Source of the DNA: a virus
Taxonomy: Duplodnaviria > Caudoviricetes
Virus record (IMG/VR): IMGVR_UViG_2513237098_000002
Coordinates: 8,147 to 72,146 of that record
Strand: one strand, 5' to 3'
Length of the DNA stretch: 64,000 bases
Below are positions 48,833-58,066 of this stretch, one piece after another (position 1 is the first letter of the stretch; each line of letters starts with the position of its first letter). The notes below the pieces were generated by a model that saw only the letters and a program-made list of their open reading frames with translations, searched no databases and had not been told where the DNA came from. A program made the translations under genes and the position numbers.

Positions 48833-48997
48833 TTACGCCTCGTCCCCTGGTTCTGGTTGCGGATGTGGTTCGGATGCTGTTGCTCGATTGTGGGCGCGCT
48901 GCTCTTCATCCTCCTTCAGGATGACCCGAACTCTGTCGATAGCCGGATCCTTGTCTAGAAGATTGTACGTTCGATACATCTTGATGACGCGTGCCAT
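48833..48997 (-). CDS. 54-aa truncated paralog of the downstream HTH gene
   Basis: MARVIKMYRTYNLLDKDPAIDRVRVIL versus MARFIMSYRTYNWKTKNPVIDKMRTVL. Confidence 0.6.
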   Translation of the reverse strand: MARVIKMYRTYNLLDKDPAIDRVRVILKEDEEQRAHNRATASEPHPQPEPGDEA

Positions 48998-49000
48998 GAC

Positions 49001-49738
49001 TTACGTCTCGCCCCCGAGTTGCAGTTGCGAGGATTCTGGTGATGCGGGCAGCGCGCCTTTTGCCGTCAGCTCGAATTCTCCGCTTGGGCGTTTCTTGAGG
49101 AAGCCATCGCGGCGCGCGCGGTCAATGATGCCTCTAACGCTTTTTGACGAGACGGTTTCGCCAAGCGCGGCCCTGATCTCGGCGAACTTCATCGGCCCGC
49201 TGTCGGAAAGCACCTGACGTAGCGCGGTCAGGCCGGTGCCGCGTTCGGCGCGTCCGCTGTTTGGCTTGAGGACAGCGTGTCCGTTCCTCTTAGCGGGAGG
49301 ATGGGATCGCGGTTTCGGCAGGGCAGGGGTCGTCGGTTTGGCGGGCGCATTGGTGGGCGCTTTGCCGGTCATCAACTGCATCGCCTTAGCGCTGAGCTTG
49401 TATTCGCCCTTGCCAACCTGTTGCAGCACGCCTTTCTTCTTCAGTGCGTAGAGGGCGCTATACGTCTTGCTGCGAGCGCCGCCAAGTTCGGCCTGCACCT
49501 CATCGACGGAGATCGGCCCGCCGTTCCGGTCGGCAAACATTGCGACCATGGTTTGCTCGGTGCTCATGCCACCGGGACGCGCGGCCGGCGTCGGCTTTTC
49601 ATCGAGCAGCGCCAGATGCAGCTTGATAATGCCCGGCATTTTCTTCAGCGCGATCAGCACCGGCCCGACCGCGATGTCTTCGACTTCCAGATAGATGGGT
49701 AGAGTTGCCATGACGATTCTCTCTCTAGTGTTGGTCAC
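49001..49738 (-). CDS. Protein with two winged-helix domains
   Basis: KTYSALYALKKKGVL...GEYKLS; RARRDGFL...GEFELT. Confidence 0.65.
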   Translation of the reverse strand: MTNTRERIVMATLPIYLEVEDIAVGPVLIALKKMPGIIKLHLALLDEKPTPAARPGGMSTEQTMVAMFADRNGGPISVDEVQAELGGARSKTYSALYALKKKGVLQQVGKGEYKLSAKAMQLMTGKAPTNAPAKPTTPALPKPRSHPPAKRNGHAVLKPNSGRAERGTGLTALRQVLSDSGPMKFAEIRAALGETVSSKSVRGIIDRARRDGFLKKRPSGEFELTAKGALPASPESSQLQLGGET

Positions 49739-49777
49739 ATCTGCTCAATGCACAAACTGCATAGTGAGTGGTCCCGG

Positions 49778-50035
49778 AATCCAAATGCAGTGTTTCAAAA
49801 AATCCAAATGTTTGGATTGTGTGAAGGGCGTGTTTTCAGCATCGTTGCAATACTTCCTCATACCCACGAACGAATTCGCAGATCAGCAGTGCAGATCAAC
49901 CGCAGTGTTTTCAGCATTGTGATTGGATACGCGCGGCAGTGTGTTCTCACATCGCCCTTGCGCAGGCGCAGCAGGTTCGCTCCCAACCAGTTGTGTCCCG
50001 TGTTGCGTCCGTAACAAAATCCAAATTTTTGGAAA
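49778..50035. promoter_or_regulatory. Operator array AATCCAAA-NN-TTTGGATT plus GTGTTTTCAGCAT direct repeats
   Basis: Palindromes at 49801-49818 and 50018-50035, half-site at 49778; 13-mer at 49830 and 49905; divergent intergenic region. Confidence 0.6.
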
Positions 50036-50207
50036 GGACGATCACGTGTTGGTTGCAAGCTTGGCGCAAGTCACCCGAATGTGTCCAGTGCCTCACGCAA
50101 AGAAAAAAGTGCCAACTCGTGATACATTGCCGAGCGCTCGTGATTGCGTCGCGGATCAGTTCGGAAAATGTTGTCGCGGCAAATCGTGAAGCCGCAAAGT
50201 TGCTGCA

Positions 50208-50735
50208 ATGGGAGGGGAGACCGAACGCGCAATTCGGTTAGAAAGTAAAATGAAAAATAAGAAAGCAAGAACGGCGACCGCAACGGTCGGACATGATCAG
50301 CACATTGAACTGTCCGCCTACGCTGCAATGGCACAATTCGTCCTGAACTTTCGCCGCATGAACAGCCAAGACCCGGTGTTCGCGGATGAGGATGTGAACC
50401 TGCCGGCGTCCAGGGGTCGCGCGTTGACGCTGATGGTTGTTCGCATTGCAACGGCGAGCCAGCGCACCGTCACCATCGCCGAGATCGCATCTCAACTCGG
50501 AATGCCGCATTCGACCGTGAGCGGCCACGTCGAGTGGTTGGAGCAGAAAGAAGCGATCAGGCGACGACCGGATAAGCGGATCGAAGCGGCGCCGTTCGAT
50601 ATCGAGGCATTGCTGGAGTGGCTCGACATTCTGGCAGCGGATAGCAATCGCTTGCAAGCCGCGATCAATCTGCTGCAGACCAAAATCGATCGGGAGTATC
50701 CGGTGGGCGAAAACGGTCGTAAGAAAAAAATCTAA
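50208..50735 (+). CDS. Winged-helix (MarR-like) regulator
   Basis: VTIAEIASQLGMPHSTVSGHVEWLEQKEAI. Confidence 0.7.
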   Translation: MGGETERAIRLESKMKNKKARTATATVGHDQHIELSAYAAMAQFVLNFRRMNSQDPVFADEDVNLPASRGRALTLMVVRIATASQRTVTIAEIASQLGMPHSTVSGHVEWLEQKEAIRRRPDKRIEAAPFDIEALLEWLDILAADSNRLQAAINLLQTKIDREYPVGENGRKKKI

Positions 50736-50986
50736 CGCCGTTTGACGTTGACGGATCGCAACTGACTAGCGGGAATCCGGAGCGCCTTCGCCAAGGCGGG
50801 GATGTTCTTTTCGATAATGCGGTTCGCAACTTCCCATTGATAAAGCCGGCTGGTGGTAACGTTGCATTCGAAAGCGACAAGTTCGGCGCTTAGTCCTTTG
50901 CGCTTGCGGGTTTGGCGGATCAACTGGCCGATGGTCTGCTTGGTCGGCCTCGGCGGACGTTTCCCATTGATCTTCTTTTTCTTCAT
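50732..50986 (-). CDS. XRE-family HTH regulator
   Basis: IGQLIRQTRKRKGLSAELVA...RLYQWE...LAKALRI. Confidence 0.75.
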   Translation of the reverse strand: MKKKKINGKRPPRPTKQTIGQLIRQTRKRKGLSAELVAFECNVTTSRLYQWEVANRIIEKNIPALAKALRIPASQLRSVNVKRR

Positions 50987-51185
50987 CAGGAAACGTCGCC
51001 TCTCTAGCCATGGGCTCAACATAGGGTTGTTTATATCCACGCCCCACGCGGGCGACAATTTGAACAATTCTAGAAGACCGTGGAATGACACAGGGACACG
51101 GCAAAGTGAAAAATTTGGAGTGGCACGACGAATACCAGAATCGGTCAGAAGTAGGCCGATCAAAGGGAATGCAAGTGAGCAACAT

Positions 51186-51821
51186 ATGTCGAAACTGGCC
51201 ACAAGAATATTGATTGTCGACGACCACCCGGTGGTGTTGTCCGGATGCCGGGCGTTGTTCGCTTCCGACCGTGCAATCAAGATCGAGGAAGCCACCGACG
51301 CCAGGTCAGGCCACCGGGTTTATGTTAGCAGGAAGCCCGATGTGGCCGTGATCGACATCAACCTCCCGGATGTTTCCGGCTTTGAGTTGATGCGCTGGAT
51401 TCGCAAGGACGATCCGGCAGCCAGGATCATGATGTTCAGCACGAACAAAGACCCGGCCGTCGTGGTCCGCGCGGTGGAAGCGGGCGCCCAAGGCTATGTT
51501 TCCAAGGCCGACGACCCCAGGGTGCTCGTGAAGGCCGTCCGCACGATCGCGGCAGGGGGCACGTTCATATCGCCGCACCTGACGAAGGCCGTGACCTTTT
51601 CGGGCGCCGCCATCAAGGCCAATCCAGTCTCGCTGATGTCGCCGCGCGAACTGGAGATCCTGCGGCTGCTCGGCCGGGGCGACAAGATTGGCGAGGTCGC
51701 CGCGGCGCTCAGCATCTCCTACAAGACCGTCGCCAACACCACCTCGCGTCTGAGAGAGAAGCTCGGCACCAAAAATCATTCCGACCTGATCCGCATCGCC
51801 GTCGAAATGGCGTTGGGCTGA
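51186..51821 (+). CDS. NarL/FixJ-family response regulator (orphan)
   Basis: IVDDHP, IDINLPDVSG, GYVSK, LuxR HTH SPRELEIL. Confidence 0.92.
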   Translation: MSKLATRILIVDDHPVVLSGCRALFASDRAIKIEEATDARSGHRVYVSRKPDVAVIDINLPDVSGFELMRWIRKDDPAARIMMFSTNKDPAVVVRAVEAGAQGYVSKADDPRVLVKAVRTIAAGGTFISPHLTKAVTFSGAAIKANPVSLMSPRELEILRLLGRGDKIGEVAAALSISYKTVANTTSRLREKLGTKNHSDLIRIAVEMALG

Positions 51822-51874
51822 TCCTTCATCCACCGCGACGCAGGCGTTATGTCCGGAAAGTTGGCGCGCCGCCC

Positions 51875-51905
51875 TTGACAAAGCCGCAATGCGGGCGCTT
51901 CTACC
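51875..51905 (+). promoter_or_regulatory. Sigma70-type promoter for the Y RNA-rsr unit
   Basis: Perfect TTGACA at 51875-51880; weak -10 near 51898-51904. Confidence 0.5.
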
Positions 51906-51912
51906 GCGCCGC

Positions 51913-51992
51913 CACGCCGTAAGCTCTCGGTTACTTCGCACTAGCAACTATGCACCAAGCACCGGGCGCGTCACTTGCTGGCACCCCTGAGA
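51913..51992 (+). ncRNA. Y-RNA-like gene 1 (short)
   Basis: Shared GCCGTA-N-CGGTTACTTCG motif; TCTCGG/CTGAGA and CTAGCAA/TTGCTGG stems. Confidence 0.5.
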
Positions 51993-51994
51993 CA

Positions 51995-52140
51995 GACGCC
52001 GTAGAAGTCGGATACTTCGCTTGAAGAGCCCCGGTCGTTGGTTCGATTCCAACCCGGCCCGCAAGGGCCGGTAGCTTAGTGGTAGAGCAGGGAAAAGGTG
52101 CCGGTTTCGCCTTTTGCTCTGTCTCACCGGTTGCGGTCGT
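51995..52140 (+). ncRNA. yrlA: YrlA-class tRNA-mimic Y RNA
   Basis: T arm GGTTCGATTCC, acceptor stem CCGGCCC-GCAA-GGGCCGG, D arm TAGCTTAGTGGTAGAGC in permuted order; 5'/3' ends pair; upstream of rsr. Confidence 0.85.
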
Positions 52141-52160
52141 GGTCCCGGACGATTGGAGTG

Positions 52161-52252
52161 GCCGCCGTAGGAAGCGGTTACTTCGTTGGATGAAGCGCCT
52201 GCCGCTGGCAGGCTTGGCCGTTCGAGTCGGCAAGTCCGCTTTCCGCCTCTCG
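52161..52252 (+). ncRNA. Y-RNA-like gene 3 with a T-loop
   Basis: Shared motif; GGAAGCGG/CCGCTTTCC closing stem; GCCG-TTCGAGT-CGGC T arm. Confidence 0.6.
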
Positions 52253-52295
52253 CGCCATTCCACCCGTCTCGGGAGAATGCAAACAGGAGCGACCG

Positions 52296-53636
52296 ATGCG
52301 AACCAACATCCGCGCGACGAACGCCCTTCGCACCCACGAGGGCGCCATGGCCCATCCCGTCAATACCGAGCAGGCGCTGCGGCGCTCGGTGCTGTCCTGC
52401 CTCCTGTTCGAGAAGGAGTTCTATGAGGACGGCGTCGAGATTTCCGCGCGCATCAAAGCGCTGGCGGAGAGCCTGCCGCCGGAGATCGTGGCCGCGCTCG
52501 CCGTCGAGGCGCGCACCGTCATGCATCTGCGCCATGTGCCGCTGCTCCTGCTCGAGGTGCTGTCGCGCACCGCCGCCGGTCGCACCGACGCGCTGGTCGC
52601 CAGGACCATCGCGCAGGTGATCGCGCGCGCCGACGAGATGGCGGAGTTTCTGGCGATCTACACCGCAGGCGGCGACCGCCGCGCGGCCACGGCTGGCCAT
52701 GGCCGCCAGTTCACCGCGCAGGTGATGCGCGGCCTCGACCTGGCGCTGCGAAAGTTCGATGCTTACCAGCTCGCCAAGTACGACCGGGCCGGCAAGGTCA
52801 AGCTGCGCGACGTCTTCCGCATCGTGCGGCCGAAGCCGGAGGACGATGCGCGGGCGGCCTTCTTCAAGGCGGCCAAGGACGGCGCCCTGCCGGCGCCCGA
52901 TACGTGGGAGGTGGCGCTGTCGTCCGGTGCCGAGACCAAGCGGGAGGTGTTCGAGCGTCTCCTGACCGGCGACAAGCTCGGCTACCTGGCGCTGCTGCGC
53001 AACCTGCGCAACATGGCGGAGGCTGGCGTCGATCGCGACCTCGTCACTGACAAGATCGCACTGCGCAAGGGCGCGGCCCGCGTGCTGCCGTTCCGCTATG
53101 TCGCGGCGGCACGCGCAGCTCCGCAGTTCGAGCCGGCGATCGATCGGGCGCTGCTGGCGGCGATCGGCGAGATGAGCAAGTTCGGAGGTAAAACTGCCAT
53201 CCTCGTCGACGTCTCCGGCTCGATGAACGAGAAGCTGTCGGCGAAGTCGGACCTGACGCGGATGGACGCGGCGGCGGCGCTGGCCGCGATCCTCCCCGGC
53301 GACGACGTGCGGCTGTTCTCGTTCTCGAACCATGTCATCGAGGTGCCGGCGCGGCGCGGCATGGCTGGCATTGATGCGATCCTGCGCAGCCAGGGCCATC
53401 AGGGCACTTACCTGGGCCGGGCGGTGGCGTATATGAACGGCCTTGGCGCTGACCGCCTGGTGGCGATCACCGACGAGCAGAGCCACGACACCGTGCCGCC
53501 GCCAGAGATGAAGTACGCGTACATGATCAACGTCGCCTCGAACCGGAACGGCGTTGGCTATGGCCGCTGGACCCACATCGACGGCTTCAGCGAGAACGTG
53601 CTCCGCTTCATGCATGCGCATGAGGCCGACGACTGA
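52296..53636 (+). CDS. rsr: Ro60/Rsr TROVE-domain RNA-binding protein
   Basis: THEG, LFEKEFY, LRHVP, YQLAKY, TWEVALS, LLRNLRN, vWA VDVSGSM and ITDEQ. Confidence 0.93.
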   Translation: MRTNIRATNALRTHEGAMAHPVNTEQALRRSVLSCLLFEKEFYEDGVEISARIKALAESLPPEIVAALAVEARTVMHLRHVPLLLLEVLSRTAAGRTDALVARTIAQVIARADEMAEFLAIYTAGGDRRAATAGHGRQFTAQVMRGLDLALRKFDAYQLAKYDRAGKVKLRDVFRIVRPKPEDDARAAFFKAAKDGALPAPDTWEVALSSGAETKREVFERLLTGDKLGYLALLRNLRNMAEAGVDRDLVTDKIALRKGAARVLPFRYVAAARAAPQFEPAIDRALLAAIGEMSKFGGKTAILVDVSGSMNEKLSAKSDLTRMDAAAALAAILPGDDVRLFSFSNHVIEVPARRGMAGIDAILRSQGHQGTYLGRAVAYMNGLGADRLVAITDEQSHDTVPPPEMKYAYMINVASNRNGVGYGRWTHIDGFSENVLRFMHAHEADD

Positions 53637-53644
53637 AGATAGAA

Positions 53645-53670
53645 GGGGGCTCGCCGCAAGGCGGGCCTCC
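53645..53670 (+). terminator. GC-rich hairpin after rsr
   Basis: GGGGGCTCGCC-GCAA-GGCGGGCCTCC; no clear U tract. Confidence 0.5.
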
Positions 53671-53733
53671 TAGCCGGATCAGCCTTTAGGACAAAAGATT
53701 TGATTCGCCGTGGCTGATACATAGATCAGCGCC

Positions 53734-54333
53734 ATGACCAAGAACCTTGAATTTGCCCTGCCGAAGAAGGGCACCACGGTGCCGGCAACCGCCGACTGGT
53801 TCCACGAAGTCAAATACGACGGCTATCGGCTGATGGTGATCCGTGACGGCGCCAGCGTGCGGCTGCGGACCAAGGGCGGCCACGATTGCACCAAGCGGTT
53901 TCCTTGGATCGCCGAGACCGCCCGCCAGATCCGCACCAAGCAATTCGTGCTCGATGGCGAGGCGGTGCTGCTCGGGGTCGACGGCGTCAGCGACTTCGAC
54001 GGGCTACATTCCGGCAAATACAACGAAGAGGTGCAGCTCTACGCCTTCGACATCTTGGCCGACAATGGCGAGGACGTGCGCAAGCTGCCATTGTCGATGC
54101 GCAAGCTGAACCTGGAGCGGCTATTGGCGCGGCGCGCCAGCGGCATCTTCGCGGCGCCGTTCGAGCGTGGTGAGATCGGGCCGGATCTGTTCCGGGCCGC
54201 CTGCAACATGGGGCTGGAAGGGCTGGTGTCTAAGCACAGCGGGCGCTGGTATGGTGCCGGACCATGCAGTCACTGGATCAAGGTCAAGAACCCGCAGCAT
54301 CCGGCCTATCGACGAGTGCAGGATCAGTTCTAG
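53734..54333 (+). CDS. ATP-dependent DNA ligase, adenylation domain only
   Basis: EVKYDGYR, LDGE, YAFD, EGLVSK, WIKVK; no OB domain. Confidence 0.88.
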   Translation: MTKNLEFALPKKGTTVPATADWFHEVKYDGYRLMVIRDGASVRLRTKGGHDCTKRFPWIAETARQIRTKQFVLDGEAVLLGVDGVSDFDGLHSGKYNEEVQLYAFDILADNGEDVRKLPLSMRKLNLERLLARRASGIFAAPFERGEIGPDLFRAACNMGLEGLVSKHSGRWYGAGPCSHWIKVKNPQHPAYRRVQDQF

Positions 54334-54356
54334 GAAAAAGATCGAGGGAGGCAAAA

Positions 54357-54881
54357 ATGCGTTTCTCTCCGGCCCTTATCGCGTTCGCTCTTATCCCCTC
54401 GCAATCGTTTGCGCAGTCGCCTCTCAAAGACGGTCACTACGTGATGCCGCCGCACGACCTGTTCGTCTCGGGCGGCGGTACAAACATAACAGTCAACTTT
54501 CGCTTTAGGCCGGACAGACGCTGCCCCAACACACTCGACAACGCTCTCGACTACGTGCTTCCGGCCGGCTATGCGGGTACTCCAATCAATTATGTTGCCG
54601 GGCGTTGCAACAGTAAATTCGACTGCGATGGCATTACGTATAGATGTTCTAGTCCGACACCAAAAGAGCATCCCAACCCGACGACATTCCGCCAGCCGCC
54701 CGCGGCAAATCTCGTAAACGTCCAGTCCTCCTGGGTAAGCGGCGATTTCGCCTTTACGACGCCCGTTATGCCTGTTTCAACGAAGCGCGCACCAATGGGC
54801 AAGTTCGAGATCGTTGAGCAGTCGCCGGACAAAAAGCAATGGACGGTCCGGCTAATTGGGCCGCTACGCGCTAGACGTTGA
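54357..54881 (+). CDS. Secreted hypothetical protein
   Basis: Signal peptide ending SFA; lower GC. Confidence 0.6.
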   Translation: MRFSPALIAFALIPSQSFAQSPLKDGHYVMPPHDLFVSGGGTNITVNFRFRPDRRCPNTLDNALDYVLPAGYAGTPINYVAGRCNSKFDCDGITYRCSSPTPKEHPNPTTFRQPPAANLVNVQSSWVSGDFAFTTPVMPVSTKRAPMGKFEIVEQSPDKKQWTVRLIGPLRARR

Positions 54882-54906
54882 TCAGTTTGGATATTTCGCG
54901 TGGAGT

Positions 54907-55260
54907 ATGCGTATGCGTTTCTCTTCCTCAATTGTCCCACCCTCTGACGACATTGATGTCTATCTGGTCCTGGATGAGGTAGGCCACCAGTTGGGCCGGG
55001 TGTGGCGCGAGACCGACGAGGGTGACACCGACCGCGCCACTCTGCTGCGCAATCTGATGGAGGGCCAGTACAGCAGCCCGGTTCGGATTGTCAGCTTCAA
55101 CACCGCGGAAGGCTGGTCGCGCGATGTCTCGGAGGAGATCGCCATCGAGCTGAGCCAGCGGTGCGCCGAGCGCGGCGAGATCCCAGAGCCATTGGCGGCG
55201 TTCATCGGCCGCCATGGTGAACCGCCGGCAATCCAGCTGGCGTTGCCGATCCAGCTATAA
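54907..55260 (+). CDS. Conserved rhizobial hypothetical protein
   Basis: YLVLD..GRVWRETDE...GQYSSPVRIVSFNTAEGWSRDVSE. Confidence 0.7.
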   Translation: MRMRFSSSIVPPSDDIDVYLVLDEVGHQLGRVWRETDEGDTDRATLLRNLMEGQYSSPVRIVSFNTAEGWSRDVSEEIAIELSQRCAERGEIPEPLAAFIGRHGEPPAIQLALPIQL

Positions 55261-55400
55261 GCGATCGAGTTGGAACGGGCGTGTTCTGGCGGGGTTCTAT
55301 TGTCGCACGCACGCTGGCTCACAACGTGTGTGTACGGTGACGAACTTGGCAGCTCCGGCCGATGCGACGGCTGGGCTGCTTTTTTTGGTGAAGGACCCAC

Positions 55401-55598
55401 GTGACGAAACCGAATTGCCCGGTGTGCCATGGGCTGGGCTGGGTGTGCGAAAATCACCCTGATCGTCCTTGGACAGAGGAGGTTTGGGGATGCCAGTGCG
55501 GCGCCGGCATGCCATGCGAGGAATGTAACCGCGGCGACGGGATTGATGAGCCTGATGTGAGTGGGGTTCTTGACGAGACGCCGCCGATCAAACACTAG
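55401..55598 (+). CDS. Small Zn-finger protein
   Basis: CPVCHGLGWVCENH...CQCGAGMPC. Confidence 0.65.
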   Translation: MTKPNCPVCHGLGWVCENHPDRPWTEEVWGCQCGAGMPCEECNRGDGIDEPDVSGVLDETPPIKH

Positions 55599-55697
55599 GG
55601 CGCGTACTCATTAGATCATCGTCGATGTCCGTTCGCCTCCACACCAACCGCCTTGTGCAACCGCAGCAAATGTCGCGACTGGCCACAAGGAGGCACT

Positions 55698-56249
55698 TTA
55701 TTTCGGCCGGTTCAGCCATTCGTCGCGGGTGATCTCCCAAATCTCTTCCATCTGTCGGCCTGATACATACTCGTGATATTGAGTTCTTATCACTCGCATT
55801 CCGCTGCGCTCCGAAATCCGGCGTGATTTGAGATTGGCTACAGCTTTGGGCGCGCGAAGCACGGCTTTTCCGAGAACGCCAAACCAATAGTCCGTAACCG
55901 CGTCGCTTGCCTCTTGCATGAGGCCCTGGCCCTGCATGGTTGGGTCGAGCCAAAATGCGCGGTTTGCGTCAGACCCATCTATCAAACTGATTGCGCCGAT
56001 CAGCCGATCGGGCTTTGCCGATAATCTTATTGACCAATGCCACTGTGTTCCTTCTTCGATCGCTGGCAAAGCGATGTCGCGGATGTATGTCAGTGCTCCG
56101 TCGGAGGGATAGGGCCAAGGAACTCGGTTCGTCAAAAACCGAACGACTTCCCACTGTGGGAAAAGACGCTGCACTGCATCGGCATCCGCGATTTCTAGCG
56201 GCCGGAGAAGCAGGCGAGCGGTTGTTAGAACTGGTACCTGAGCCTTCAT
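55698..56249 (-). CDS. GNAT acetyltransferase, RimJ/RimL family
   Basis: LTTARLLLRPL, QGQGLMQEA, NLKSRRISERSGM. Confidence 0.88.
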   Translation of the reverse strand: MKAQVPVLTTARLLLRPLEIADADAVQRLFPQWEVVRFLTNRVPWPYPSDGALTYIRDIALPAIEEGTQWHWSIRLSAKPDRLIGAISLIDGSDANRAFWLDPTMQGQGLMQEASDAVTDYWFGVLGKAVLRAPKAVANLKSRRISERSGMRVIRTQYHEYVSGRQMEEIWEITRDEWLNRPK

Positions 56250-56616
56250 AGTAATTGAGTATTACACACAACAAGGGCTCTCGCCACTCGCACTCAAGGC
56301 GAGGCTACGCTCGCTGGTTGAGACATTGCTCTGTCAGCGCCCCTAGCATGTTTGCTGCCCCTGAAGAGACGCTCCGGGGCTTTCTTTTTGGGCGGCGAGG
56401 GCGGAAACGAATTTGAGTAGCACGTGTCACAAGTGCACAGACGTCCTGCCCATGCCGCGCTTGGCTTGGCACGCAACCTCTCGGCCGATCGTCTCGATCC
56501 TCAAGCCCGGTGGTCGGCCAAAGAGGAGGCCGGCCCCGGCGCGCTCTCCAGTCGCGTCGCTGTGCACGATCCGTCCTGTGGAGACTACGCAACGAAGCAT
56601 TGAACGCGCTGATCGA

Positions 56617-57219
56617 TCAGAACTGATCCTGCACTCGACGATAGGCCGGATGCTTCGAGTTCTTGACCTTGACCCAGTGCGTGCACCGGCCTGCGAGGTA
56701 GGCGCGCTCGCGATGTTTCGACACCAGCCCCTCCAGCCCCATGCGGCAGGCGGCCTCGAACAGTTGAGGGCCGATATCGCCTTGCTCGAACGGGGCGACG
56801 AAGATGCCTTCGGAGTGACCGCGCAACAGCCGCGCGAGGTTTGCCTTGCGCATCGATAGCGGCAGCTTGCGGTGGTCGTCGCCATCGCCGGCCAGGATGT
56901 CGAAGGCGTAGAGCTGCACCTCGTGGTCGTGCTGTCGCGAATGCAGGCCATCGAAGTCGGAGATACCATCGACACCGAGCACCACTGCCTCGCCATCGAT
57001 CACAAAGTGGCTCTGCCGGATCTTGCGCGCGGTCTCGACGATCCACGGGAAGCGCTTGGTCCAGTCGGACCCGCCCTTGGTTTTCAGGCGCACGCGGTCG
57101 CGCTCGCGGATCACCATCATCCGGTAGCCGTCATGCTTGATCTCGTGGAGCCAGTCCTTTCCGGCGGGAACGGATATGCCGCGGGTAGGAATACAGGGCT
57201 GAAAGATGTGCGCGGGCAC
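56617..57219 (-). CDS. ATP-dependent DNA ligase, adenylation domain only (second copy)
   Basis: EIKHDGYR, IDGE, YAFD, EGLVSK, WVKVK. Confidence 0.88.
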   Translation of the reverse strand: MPAHIFQPCIPTRGISVPAGKDWLHEIKHDGYRMMVIRERDRVRLKTKGGSDWTKRFPWIVETARKIRQSHFVIDGEAVVLGVDGISDFDGLHSRQHDHEVQLYAFDILAGDGDDHRKLPLSMRKANLARLLRGHSEGIFVAPFEQGDIGPQLFEAACRMGLEGLVSKHRERAYLAGRCTHWVKVKNSKHPAYRRVQDQF

Positions 57220-57220
57220 G

Positions 57221-58066
57221 TTAGCCCGCCTTGCGCTTTTTCGCCGACTTCTTTGCTGGCGTCTTGGTCGGCCGTGCCGCCGGCGCGCCCTTCTCTGAGG
57301 CGAGGCTTTGGCGGAGCGCGTCCATCAAGTTGATGACGTTACCGGGCGCGACCCTTTTCACCGCGGCGATCGGCAGCCCATTCTGCTTCTTAGCCAGCAG
57401 TTCGGCTAACGCCGCCTCGTAATGGTCCTCGAATTTATCCGGCTCGAAATGGCCGCTCTTCTGCTCGACGATGTGCTTTGCGAGGTCGAGCATGTCCTTC
57501 GTGATCTTGACGTCCTGGATATCGTCAAAATATTCGGACTCGTCGCGCACCTCGTAGGGGTAGCGGAGCAGCATGCCCATCAAACCCTTGTCGCGGGCCT
57601 CAAGCGCGATAACGTGCTCGCGGTTGGTTAGCACGACGCGGGCGAGAGCGACTTTATCAAGAGAGCGGATGGTTTCGCGAATGACGGCATAGGCATCGTG
57701 TCCGACCTTGCCATCAGGCACGATGTAGTAGGGCCGGACCAAGTAGAGGTCGTCGATTTCGCTCCGCGGCACGAATTCATCGATCTCAATCGTTCGCGTC
57801 GATTCTAGAGCGATGTTGTCCAGCTCGTCTTTTGTGACCTCGAGGTAGCGGTCCTTGTCGACCTGATAGCCCTTGACGATGTCCTCGTTGGAGACTTCTT
57901 CGCCGGTCTCGGCATCGACCTTCAGATACCGGATCCGGTGCCCGGTCTGCTTATTGATCTGGTTGAAGCTGATCTTCTCGGATTCCGAGGTCGCCGGAAA
58001 CAGTGCGATGGGGCAGGTCACCAGGGACAGCCGCAGAAAGCCCTTCCAATTGGCGCGCGGGGCCAT
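57221..58066 (-). CDS. ku: Ku NHEJ protein
   Basis: MAPRANWKGFLRLSLV, IVKGY, IDEFV, basic C-terminal tail. Confidence 0.95.
   Translation of the reverse strand: MAPRANWKGFLRLSLVTCPIALFPATSESEKISFNQINKQTGHRIRYLKVDAETGEEVSNEDIVKGYQVDKDRYLEVTKDELDNIALESTRTIEIDEFVPRSEIDDLYLVRPYYIVPDGKVGHDAYAVIRETIRSLDKVALARVVLTNREHVIALEARDKGLMGMLLRYPYEVRDESEYFDDIQDVKITKDMLDLAKHIVEQKSGHFEPDKFEDHYEAALAELLAKKQNGLPIAAVKRVAPGNVINLMDALRQSLASEKGAPAARPTKTPAKKSAKKRKAG

Larger units (their letters stand above)
1..51000. mobile_element. Temperate prophage (HK97-type head, Mu-like contractile tail); left end outside the window, right end uncertain
   Basis: Contiguous replication, terminase, capsid, portal, sheath, tube, tape measure, baseplate and fibre genes, then small phage-type genes and HTH regulators; no integrase or att seen. 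Confidence 0.9.

Noticed and set aside
52031-52090. Canonical tRNA gene
   Set aside because: The arms are in permuted order, the acceptor stem is closed by a GCAA loop, and there is no anticodon arm or CCA end; this fits YrlA.
51948-53621. 557-aa minus-strand ORF
   Set aside because: Antisense shadow of rsr in high-GC DNA, with no motifs.
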